Shown here piece after piece: positions 37,001 to 49,200 of a stretch of 64,000 bases of DNA. The DNA lies in the NCBI RefSeq assembly GCF_002113885.1, contig NW_018406415.1, forward strand, positions 1,707,038-1,771,037, read 5' to 3'. This DNA comes from Mizuhopecten yessoensis (lineage: Eukaryota). A model generated the notes under the pieces. It was not told the origin of the DNA. It saw nothing but the letters and a program-made list of their open reading frames with translations, and did no database searches. Numbering within the stretch: position 1 is the first letter of the stretch; each line of letters starts with the position of its first letter. The translations under genes were made by a program, and so were the position numbers.

Positions 37001-39498
37001 TGTTAATATTTCCGTGTTTTTGTTGTATTTAATCACCACAGAAATGCATAGCAGGAACTATTTTTTGTTTGTTTGTTTGTTAAAGATTCGTCATTGCCTG
37101 GTTAAATTCATATAAGCACAATGCTACTGTCACCCCTCAGGTGTGAAATGTATATGAGTAGTATGATTTGTAATATTTCGCCGTTATTACTGAGGACGAA
37201 AAATAAACTGTTACTAAAATCTTCCTACGTTTTATTTTAACTTTCAACTCTATTTCTCGTTACAAAATTATAAATATACAGATAAAACACTACCACCAGT
37301 ATACAATATGAAATGTAATAAATATATGGAGGACAACTCTTTATACGTATTTAACCAAAACAATACTAAATTTGCATACATTTCTTAAAATTTAAACATT
37401 GTTTGTATTCATTAGTTCTAAGAACTTAACAATATTAAGTATGGCCCAATATTATTTATGTAAATAAACCTTCCCTTCTGTAGACAGAAATGGACATTTT
37501 AACAAGTAGTGAAACTCGTGTCACCAATGTCTAATTAATACAATATGAACATATGCTGTTTTAGTACTCAACTTTATTCCATTTTCCAGTTTCAACTATC
37601 AGTTTATGATTACAAGTTCTAAATTTACACAATACTATTCGCTTATTTGTAAAAAAAAAAGAGTCTTACTTCGTTCATTCATATGGAAATTCTGAATCCC
37701 TCGGACAGTTTCACTACCCTCCTGTCGTGTCGTAGTATGTTTTCCGGCTGTGTGATGAATGAAAACAATTTTCACGGGAGTCTTCATAGCGTCTGACCCT
37801 TTTGTATCCCTTGCTCTCCATTGTGCCCTGGACACAATATCTGAAGGAAACAAAATCAAATTAACTTAGCTGCTATTAAACAAGCTTTGATCAGGAGAAC
37901 GATCAATCATAAGAGTTGAATGGTCCACTTTTTATTATGAAATAAGTAGCAACAATACACATTCAGTAGTAGGTAATATCCTTTACGTTTACATTGGTCA
38001 AACTTTTAATTTTGAAGTCAAGTAACAATGCCTTGCGCTGGCATCTTCCATTGTGACGGCATAGGTTCTCCAATCTGAGAGAGGAATACTATATTTCTAA
38101 GGGAACATATAGTTTTCGTTTTCGTAATATACATTTTATAAGAACGTTTTTTTGGGAAAAGTGGACACCCAAACTCGTGATGAGTGATTATAGTGTTTAT
38201 CTAACTACTGTTGGAAATTTTAAATATACATTCGATAATCATCCTGTCTCTCTACAATTTAAAAATGAACTTACTCGAGTTATATCAGCATATTAAGCAG
38301 CAATCATTCGTTTGGAAACCTCTACATAATAATCTGGTGTTGAATATTAAGCTCAGGTTATTATAGGATTCGTTAGAGATGTATTCAAACTGATATGCTG
38401 CAATTAAAGCACACTTATTGTTTTCTTGTTATTTGGCTTGAAATGGGCTAAGTTAAGCAGAAACGGTACAAAATATTAGAAAGAGAGAATCTTAGTACAT
38501 ATAATATGAAGCCAAATACCATCTTGATGTGTTGTAAACTGTACAAGGCCCAACCGATTTTTATGCGGCGGAACGGGACAGGTAAAATTATGACAGAATG
38601 TATATTGTAAGTTCATAGGTGGCATGAAAGTACAATAAATGTATTTGATCAAATACACGATGTCAGCAGTGTGACATATGATTGACTGAAATGTTTCTAT
38701 AACGACGAACGTAGGCTAATTGTTATCTATCGTTAAATTCGAGTTTACTGGTGGCATTGATGACAGTAAAGAACTGCTTTGTTTCCTGAAAACAACTAGA
38801 AGATTGTTTTATTCATCCAGATAAAAAAATATTGCCGAAAAACAACCGGATTTTAGTTTTGCCTTGCTCTAAGTAAGCAACTGTAAAGACGAACCTTGCT
38901 AATTAATTCAGCCAGCAAGTATATAGTTGTGTCACCACTGATCCGTTCATTCAGTGTTTAAAGGGACATAATTTATTTTATTTTTAACACGGATGCAGTT
39001 TTTCAGACTGTCAATTCACTATCTTGCTACTTGAGTTGTTAATGGTGATGATAAGTTCAACGAGGCTTCAATGTGATCGCTTGTGTTATATATGTGTAAC
39101 ACACATGACCTTTACATCACCATGACCGTCATGTACTTTGAACTACAGAAGTACTATGTATTCACATTATGTCTGTATAACTTCATATGAGTAAAGTCTG
39201 TTAATTGACCTCATGCCATAATATCAGTGTAGTTATATACACATATATAGTCCGAATTATTAGGACGTTTTATCGACTTTTTTTTTTATATATATCGGCC
39301 TGTTGTCGATTAACGTCAGAACTCCGGCCCTCTATAATATGCGGGAAATAAGCAACCCGCGCCAGGGTAGCTCTTCAAACTGATATTTTAGAAACAAATC
39401 GTCACTTTCACACTCATGTAATTCAATAATTCGGACTAACACATATACTGCTTCATATTATATATATATATATATATACCTGTACTTTTGTAGGCCAT
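34051..39498 (-). CDS. PGRP: Peptidoglycan recognition protein, short amidase type, copy 2 (~174 aa)
   Basis: Exons 39498-39480, 37840-37670, 34385-34051 (525 nt). Motifs VFIHHTAG, KWADVGYNFLVG and GHRDVGATACPG. Two codons shorter than copy 1 (FDESH vs FEEDESH). Confidence 0.95.
35406..36034. mobile_element. ~630-bp insertion nested in the shared MITE, unit B only (possibly Kolobok-like)
   Basis: Interrupts the sequence paralogous to ~27862. Ends are AGGTAG...CTACCT. Confidence 0.55.
39248..39438. mobile_element. 191-bp MITE with 14-bp TIR and 9-bp TSD (Mutator- or AcademH-type)
   Basis: TIR TAGTCCGAATTATT / AATAATTCGGACTA. ACACATATA is duplicated at 39239-39247 and 39439-39447, with a single copy at the empty paralogous site (~30749). 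Confidence 0.9.
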
Positions 39499-39970
39499 GT
39501 TTAGTCAACGGAGCCTGGAGATGTGTACGTGTAGTTTTCGAACTGAATTCGTTAATTATGTCAGGCCTGGACGACCTGTAGATGAAACAACATTGAATGT
39601 AAATTTTTACAACGTACAATATCGACAAATATACCACAGTGTTAACCTGTCAATACAATGTAGATACAAGATGACAATTACACAGGTACACAGGTGTTAT
39701 AAAATACTCCAAATAACATAGGTATTGATAATAATATAAACGAATACAAAATGACATCGAAATGTTTCCTCATACGACACCTTTAATTTCACAGGAAATA
39801 ATTAAATGTATGAAAATATGAAGAATGAGTTCAAAATAAAAATAGAACATGTTACGTTTATATAAATATAATAAGCTTTATACAAATTAAATTATGTTCA
39901 ATTATCAATTCTATTTACCTTATCGACCTGTCAATGTAAATACACCTAGGACAATCTTGAAATAACTTCC

Positions 39971-39980
39971 GGGGTTTTCC
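39971..39980. promoter_or_regulatory. Putative NF-kB/Rel site upstream of PGRP copy 2
   Basis: GGGGTTTTCC fits GGGRNNYYCC and is positionally conserved with 31275-31284. Confidence 0.45.
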
Positions 39981-40539
39981 CAATATAATTATACGTTTCT
40001 GTTCATTGCAAAAAAGACTTGACAGACCCATGTTTGTATATCTATTAAAAGCTTCCTGTTATGTCATCTATGATTGTTTTGTACTTCAACCGAGACTTTG
40101 TAGAGATTTAAACTTTAAATGTCCAAAAGTATTAATATAGCTGAATTTTTAAAAAGGAGAGCAGCACTTGATTGCACATTTATGTTCTTTTTATGATAGG
40201 AAAACGTTTATGTTGAATGCAAGATGTTCTTGAACCTACACAAGGAGTTAAGGGTGGGGTTGTTTCTATATTATAAGTTACAGAAGAGTTGTACACTGTA
40301 CACTATACATGAAAGAGAAGAACAGTCGGAACTATACGCCTGTTATAAATAGTGTCTATATCTTGTTCCTTGTAGCGCTGAATTATTATACATTCTGAGT
40401 CTTTCCAGAGGTAAATTGATGACGTCACATATTCTTAAATACGCATCAGATAAAACAATTGTAACTCTAAAAGTAGACTAAAATAAAGCTACAGGACAAA
40501 TATCAGTGTCTTAACTCAAAGTCTCCAAAACAAAGACAT

Positions 40540-41360
40540 TTAGTTTGACAGAGTTTATAGCCTCCTATCCCAGCATGCCTCTGGTCAAACATCATTACCC
40601 TGGATCTTTTATTTTATTCAGAAGAAGTTGATATAAGGTTTTAAACATATTTGACCCCTGTGACCTTGAATATAAGTCAATATAATTCGTTTGAACAAAC
40701 TTGGAAGCCCTTCTGCCTAGCATGCTCCTAGTTAAATATCATCATCCTGGGCCTATTGGTTATTAAAAAGAAGTTGTTTAAATGTTTTAAACATTTTTTG
40801 ACCTATGTGACCTTGAATATACGTCATGGTATTTCTTTTAAACAAACTTGGTAGCCCCTTCTGATAGCATGCTACTGACCAGATATCACTATCCTTGGCC
40901 TTTTGGTTATTCAGAACAAGTCGTTTAAAGATTTTAAACATATTTGACTCTATAACCTTGAATACAGGTCAAGGTCATTCATTTTCGCAAACTTGCTAGC
41001 CCATCATCTTAGCATGCTCCTGGCCAGATATCATCACCCTGAGCTTAATGGTTATTAAGAAGAAGATTTTAACATATTTGACCCCTGTGACCTCAAATAA
41101 GTGTGAAGATCATTTATTTGAAGAATTTGGTTAGCCTTTCATTCCAGCCGGCATGCTACTCACCAAATTTCAACACCCTAGGCAATTTGGTTATTGAAAA
41201 GAAGTTATTTAAATGTTTTCAACATATTTGACCCCTGTGCCCTTGAATATAAGTCAATGCCATTCGTTTTGACCAACTTGGTTGCCCTTTATCCTAACAT
41301 ACTCCTGGTTAAATATCATCATCCTAGCCCTTTTGGTAATTAAGAAGAAGTCGTTAAAGA
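40540..41360. repeat. ~147-bp satellite-like tandem array (~5.5 copies), probably the core of a Helentron-associated element
   Basis: TTGACCCCTGTGACCTTGAA-like anchors at 40651, 40798, 40944, 41078 and 41228. Absent from unit A. Confidence 0.85.
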
Positions 41361-42236
41361 AATTTTTATTCATGCCATCATGATACGACATGAATTTAAG
41401 GGTATTTTTGCAGATCGATCCGAGATATAATGGGGTAAAGTAGTGGATACCAAAGCGAAAAATGATAAAACTGACTGAAAAGAATAACTAGCACATAGTC
41501 ATAGTCACCGTGACCTTTTAAACCACCCCGTTAAAATATGTCACTCTATATTGTGTGTCTAAATACACATTAGAACCATATAATAATCAAATATTAACCA
41601 AATTTCAGGAAAAGGGGGTCGAAGTTATCGGGGATGACCTCCTTTAAAGGAAACGTGAGTACTGAGCGGTGTTAAAGAATTGTGTTCAGAAGAATGTACG
41701 TGTGCATTAAGAATCAATTGCATCATTGGAGTTATATATCAAAGTTCGTCACTTTTTCAAATAGGCACAATTTTATTGTTCGAAAAAGTTTTGAAATGTT
41801 TATAATAATTCTGAACATATGTTGATTTCTTTTTGGCGGTATATTTGATTTTTTTCCAAGAAAAAAAAAAGTTAGGTCACTAATACAAATGATATTCATT
41901 GATCAACATTGGATATTGAATTTTCTTTCATCCCAAAAATAATTTCACCATTATGATTCAGAAGCATATTTGTTTAGTTGAAAAAATGAATTGCTAAAGG
42001 TTTCGTTAAATTAAATTTGATTCGATCAAATAAAAAAGTTACCAATTATAAGAGACGTCTGATTTTGTCGCTAATTTATGACATTTATTTTATATTGTTA
42101 TTAAACTGCACAACAGTTTTTCACAGTATAACGTTTTCGTGTAAAACATGCTATACTAGTAATATTTTACTTAAAATTGTTTGCACATGTGCTAGAATAA
42201 AAGAAAAAATAATTATCCTTGTGGTAGAGTTTTGTT

Positions 42237-42830
42237 TTGTTTAGTTTTATTTTGTTTAACGTTCTATTAACAGCTAAGGTAATTTAAGGACCTGCTTCTG
42301 TGTGGTTTGTGTATGAGTGCATGAGTGTATGTGTGCTGGAGACAGGGTATGTTGGTGTAATTGCCTCCTTGTGATAGTGCGGATCTGATGCCGATTTTAT
42401 AGTGATATCGCACTGAAATACCATGCCGAAGGCAGTCAGCACAGCATTCCGCCCATTCACATTATACTGACAACGGGTGAACCAGTTGTTGTCATTACCC
42501 TAAATGTTGGAGGTTAAGTTGGGAACAACAACTACCATTTTTGAGGTCTTTAGTATGTCCCAGTCTTGGGACAGAACCCATTGCCTTCCTTATCTGGGCG
42601 AACGCTCAGCGAAGCTAGAATTAAGGTATTGCCAAGTAAGGCACTAGGAAATAAAAGCTAGTTAAAAGTACAGAGAAATATAAAGATCCATAATATTGCA
42701 ATGGGTGCAGCAGATTTGTTTAAGTCGGGGTTGTGTCCCCATTTAGAGGGTACAAAAGCAAACCCAAATTATTTGGGGGGTTCCAACATTAGTCGCCTCT
42801 TACGATACATGAAGTGGATAACAGCAGGTC
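42237..42830 (-). mobile_element. SINE family B, diverged copy with 5' extension
   Basis: Reverse complement matches 16011-16395 and 49140-49633, including the GTAAGAGGCGACTAA motif. Confidence 0.7.
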
Positions 42831-43265
42831 AGTCCTCGACCTTCAGGGGTGTTGTGGAAGAGAAGCATGCTTCTTGTTTCCCTTCGATTAATCTGGTTTA
42901 ACTCCGGCATGGCCGCCTAAAACATGATTGATGTCCCCTGTTTCCGTACTACAATTGCAATTTGTTAGTATACCGAAATAGAGTGATACAAAAAGGAAAT
43001 ATGACTAGTCTTCTGTCACTTGAAACACAGTCGTGACAACTCTTCCTCATTTTTTTTCAAGAGAGGCCCCGAATTAGGGAAATATGACTGGGAAGGCTCT
43101 TTTGAGAAATACACGTTTTATTTTGCCAAAACATTCAATCGACTTCATACAGATGAGGTATAATGAAAAATATATATATTAATGTTTGTTTTCGTCCAGT
43201 TTTATGTTATATTTAATTGTGTTCTTTTCCCAGTCCAGTTACGATTTCTCTATCATCCTGTCTGA

Positions 43266-46200
43266 TCACTCCGGCTCTTTCTCTGAGTAGTTGGCCATTT
43301 TCTCCATGCTTTCTAGTATAGGCTGGAAAGAAACAAAATGGAGTCATCGGTAGTCATAATAATATACAACATTTATATAGCGACCTATATAATTTGTAAA
43401 ATTACTCTAAAGCGCTTTCCAACATATGGATAATAGTAATGGTTATAATTGTGAAAACAAAAAACAAAGGATTACAATCACTTTTATACATTTAAGCAAG
43501 CAATGTACACATAATTGAACAAATAAAAGGGTGGTATTTACACGACGTCTTTGCAAGGATTCTAAAATGCAGACGTGAAGAGGTGAGTTCACAACATAGA
43601 TTATGCAGACAGAATTCGATGTTATATATAATACTGTCATTTTGATGAGAACATTCAAGAATTATACGCTTACTATGCAGTTGCTGATATTCGGATGTGT
43701 ACCTGATTTTGCGGTCAATCAAACAACCGCATAACTAAATACCAGATCGACGCTTAGTCAGTATGAATCTATACCATACTAAACTTCAATAAAGTACTCC
43801 AATTCAGTGAACATATAATGGATTATAATGTTAAAGTAACGTCGAATGGTGTCATTATTCAATTTTCAGTACGCGAATTAATACACAGGATATAAATGAG
43901 GTTAGCAAAATACCTCATGCAAAAAAAGAATCCAACAATGCCCCTGCCATAGCCCCTCGCCACCCCCGCCCCCAAAAGATATTGAAATGTTAAAAGTTTT
44001 ATGTATATACATTTATTCACAACGTTTCGGGATCCAGATGATAAATGTGACCATGCCCTATACCTAATTTTCTGTTAGTTAATCGATTTCTCCAAATATG
44101 TCAATTATAACAAAATATTTTAATAAGTTGAATCTATAACACACGAGAACAATATCGATATAATTTCGGTATCTTATGTACATTTTTAGCGCAATGTTAA
44201 TTAGTACTGAAAATTCATTGATGACGTCTTTGTGGAAGCAATGATAATTCTCTTTACATTTATGTAAAATGTGTATGGACAGTTTACATGCACAAACCTT
44301 GTTTTCGTCTTTCAGTGGAGGATTTCTCAGAAGAATGCACAGAGGACTGAAGGCAACGTTGATGATAGCAATACCCCACATTAGCCTGAAACAAAATCAA
44401 AACCTCACAGGTCAATGCAACTTAAATGTTCCAAAAACATATCGAACACTGTTGGTTGTACCCGACTTACAAAAAACCACTGTTATTTGAGATGATTTGT
44501 ATGAAAAATGACATAAGACGAATCTAAAAACTGTTTATACCAAATATCACCACATTGAGTCATTGATAAAACTGCAAAAATCAAACGAGTGTGGTAATTC
44601 TTCGATTGTAAAAACATTGAAAGATAATCATAATATTTTCTTTTGATACAAATCTACTTGTTAAAAAATATTTCAAGGATGGTTTCTTGTTCGTCCTAGT
44701 TATCCATATTATGAATCTTTTCTGTAGATACACACCATGAAAATCCGACAAGCTTCACGATCTGGCCGGCGATTGAGGGACCTGTACGAAAAGGAAATAC
44801 AGATACATGAAATAAATTGTGTTATAATCTATTAATTTGGATATGATGATAATGAAAATGGACAATTTGTTGATTACATCGTTTTTGTAAGCTTACTTTG
44901 TGAGATACAGGCATATCAGTCGGAGAGGATATGGAATACTCCCGAATACAATCATTATCGATCAGTTTTCTTATATTGCTTATTATTTACCCTCCTTTTA
45001 ACGACAAATATTTTTACACAAGACTATACTATGTCACCCTGCATGTTAATGTTGATCTCTAATCGGTCAATCAGCAAAACATTCCCATAAAACCCCGGCC
45101 TTGCCAAGTTGTAAATGATCACGTACCAAGGGGAAGAACTCGCATTTTCTCATTTAATAAAAGCCAATATAGCAGCCAAAATAATATGTTTGATTTGAAT
45201 GTGAATATAGAGGAATATGCATTTACAACGCAGTGTTAAAAATGTTTTTTTTTTAGGTACAAATGTTAAACCTCACTTGCATTCTTGCATATTAAGTCAT
45301 TATTTTCCACCAAGTACATATTCCAAAATGAACAGAGAAAGTTAAAGTTTACATACATTTATAACATGGAATTATGTATTTTACTTCGTTTTCCCCAAAT
45401 GCTTTATATATAAAAGAATATCAATGAATGATATATATATAGAATATCCCACCTATCCCATAAGCCAGACAGACCGCTAACTGTGCTATAGCGTACACAC
45501 TTCCATATACGGCTACGTGACGTGTGTCTACCAATAAAGCTAGTAAGGGCATGATGGCGGCGTCCGTGATACCTGTAACATTTTAACGCATCAATACACC
45601 TTTTAAATTATAAATTGGTTAAATTAGATGACAGGAAAACATTATATCTTTCTTTATTGTCAAATACAAATTATTGTCCACTGTCACCAAAGGAATATAA
45701 ATAAAAATTTCACGTTTTTTTTTAAGTCAAAGTTAATTTATGGTATTTGTCATCAATTTTACAAGGAATAAATTACAAAATTCTATTAAAATTGTGTAAT
45801 GCTTGATGTGAGTGGACAAGCTTCAGACGATATATTTGCGAATACAAGAATACGACAAAGATACAAAAACAAGATAATGCATGCAGAAACATTTGCAACA
45901 TACTGTAAATCCATAATTAGATCTTCTTTCAAAACTTACGCGACACAAACATACGTATTGCGAAATTTAAGTTACTTATATACAGGTACAACTATCAACG
46001 TTTTAATACGGAAACAAAACTCACTGTATCTTACACTTACCCAGGCCAAGTCCGAGACCAAAGTGAGGAAGAATAAGCTCGGCAACACTGGTAGCAAGAG
46101 GGATCTATATCATAAATGGGCAAATCAGTTCAGAAAATCTGTAATACAGCCATTCAAACGGTTGTTGTTGCGGTGTGTTCCATATACTTATACACCGTGA

Positions 46201-49200
46201 ACGTTTTCTATGTTAAAATTACATATTCTTAAATCACCCAGTATTTCTATTTTAATCAAGTTTAATAATGTATATTATTAATAACATAACAAAATTACAA
46301 ATGTGTATAGCCTATTAATTTCACCGCGTGCCTCATGTATCCCTTAACATTTATCTTAAAATATTAATCTTATAAATATATAAATTTCCATAAAAATCTA
46401 AAGAACATAAACGATTTAAACATGTATCAATAATTTTTATGAGAAACATATCGAGAAAATGGATATACGAGCTACTCAAATAGAAATTTGATATGTACAG
46501 ACAAACAACAATATGGTATGCGGTGGTTTCAATTCTTATACAAACGCTCGTAAATACTTACAAATGACAGACAAAGTCCAATTAGCAGCATACTACACAA
46601 TGAACACACCCACCTATAAAATAATCATACAGCTTGTGATGTATGGTGATAGATCTAAGAGTGAAAACCTTAAACTCTTAGTAGACGTTAAAAACCACAT
46701 GGAGATGGTTGTCACCGGAAGGAGAGAGATAGAAAAGAAATAAAGAGTATGTAGGAAAGATAGAAAATGAAAAATATCCCAAGATCGGAAAAGAAACAAT
46801 TTCCAAGTATTAAAATTTTGGAAGCTGATCAATTAGGTCTATTCATTGTCCACTATGTTGACTTGACACGATTCTTGAAGGGGGTTCGCACACTGGTCCT
46901 CTAACGATACACAAATGCAGCAGAAAATAGCAGCTCGATCCTTGGTTTCTTCATTGTACCCTTACTATCTGGTTGTAATTGATATTTGCGCTCTTAAATG
47001 CTGAATGGTACTTGTTTTACTGTTTAAAAGCTTCTTTTTTTCACAGTAGAAAACGTGAAACAATTCACTTTAATATCGGGAATATACTATTGGGATTTTT
47101 CCGAACTGAAATATTTATTATTAATTAATTATATAGGTATTGGTACCTTCTTCAATTTGATGGATGATAATACTAGATTGCATACCTGCCTATTCTCTTA
47201 GCAGCAACACCAAAGAAGTTAGCACCGACAAAATATCCTATGCTATCAGGCAAGAAGACCAAACCTGTAAATATACGATAGACTGCCAAAGTACTTATTT
47301 TAGCGGACTCTAAATTTAGCGTTTTATCGAATTTTAACTGATTAAAGCATTTAAGGAAAAACGCACTCAGTATATATGCAAAAGAAAATTATATACAGAA
47401 ATCTGAATATGCGTAATAATAAATTATCGCTATATTTAAAGCGCGAGAAAATAGAATACCGCAAAAATATGTACGTTTATGCAGTTTATTTAGGATGCGA
47501 GAGAAGAAAAAATAACCAATACACATCAGCATCGGCGTCATCAAACAAGGACCTGAAATAATCCAGCGTCATCCCACAAGGCCAAACTGCACTCATCGTC
47601 AATTGATGAGGACTAAATACACAACAGGGTCATAATAGAATGTTATATCAGGGAAACATAGTCCATCTAAGTGTGTTCTTCATGCTTGTAGATTGTCAGA
47701 TACAGAGATTGAATTATAAAACATCTACCTTATTTGCAATGTAAATCTATTGCGTTTCAAGTCTTATTCTCCAAACAATTCCTTTATTAAAGTAAATTGT
47801 TTTGGCTTTAGCAGATACATAACCAGGATTAGTACAAAGTTAACATGAAATGGCGTTTTGATGACACCTACCTTTATACAACAGGAGGGAGATAATCTTC
47901 ATTTACCTTGGAACTGAAGAGAGTACAACTTGTAAAACTGATAAAAACTCCAAATGCATACCCAGCTGCCATTTTTGAGCATGCATCGTATCAATGATCC
48001 AAATAGGGACTGTAGGTTCAAGTGTCGCCATGGCCGTCGTCGTCAACATCACAGCACCTATAGATACGTGTATTTACTAGCGTTTATACAAGGTACTGTT
48101 AATTTGTATATTACCTTATTCAATATACCTATTATTTCTATGTAAGTTATCTCCGTTATTTGAATACTGGCATTATATCGTTATTTAGTCCAAGTATATG
48201 TATTGTCAATACAAGCAATCTTGTAAAATCTGTCAAATATATAGTTAATTTATTGACAAAATCCACATTACAATTATCTATTTTGTGGTTTTCCTTAATG
48301 AAAACAAACAAATTAATTTCTTATGTGGATTGTTTTAAAAGGAGATAAGCATCGTGGTTATGTAATATATGCTTTTGCCCATCAAAGCACTGTAGCCTTT
48401 CTACGGATTCTAATGATTTGCTCATTTGACTATTTACATCTTTCTAACAAGGAGAGGAAACTCATAGATGCCTTACCTGCTGCCACAAGTATGTACGGGT
48501 CTCTAAGCAGGCGATGGAGTGGTGTCCCTTCCATTGTTAACTGTAAGAATACATTCGTCAATGAAGAACAAAGAAGCAATATATATGAATGTGAAATTAA
48601 TAATGTACTGTGAAGGCTCTATATCATCATCTGATGAATTAGAATACAAAATCTATTACCAAAACATGGAATATGACATTCGAAATATCCTTTAAGAAAC
48701 AATTCAGTAGAGTACAGAAAATATGATTTCTTTTTTTGCGAACATTTGATTTCGCAAATGTGCTGTAAACGCGCATTTACCTGCATTTAACAATATTTTT
48801 TCTATATGAAAAAATTAAGAACACATTTACGTGTAGATAATAAATTTGTATGTGTTTCATACCTTCTGGTGAAGAGTTGGTCGAAGAATCGCTATCTGCA
48901 AAACTAAACAAAACATTCAAATTAAGGTTTTGTTAACGATGCTGGTTCTTTGGCAATAGGGATTGTGGTCGATGTCCCAAAAATATCGCTACAGTATGTG
49001 CTTTTTGACATAATAGCATCAAAACAATTATTCATTACTATTTTAGTCCTACAATTATATATTACACTTTAGGCAAAACACTTCATAACCTTAGTATCCT
49101 GACAAGCATATAAGAAGACCAGATTATAATTTGTATGTCCCTGCAGGTAGGGCGTAAGAATTGTACCCATTGCCCCCCTTGCCTGATTGTAAGAGGCGAC

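Larger units (their letters stand above)
23650..41705. repeat. ~9-kb tandem segmental duplication (unit A ~23650-32680, unit B ~32680-41705)
   Basis: Colinear similarity across the lipocalin exon-2 end and 3' UTR, the whole PGRP gene, its introns and promoter, and a terminal block (32455-32680 vs 41460-41705). Confidence 0.88.

Noticed and set aside
45799-46200. 133-aa plus-strand ORF and other short ORFs within the SLC18 locus
   Set aside because: Antisense to real exons or within AT-rich introns, with no protein features.
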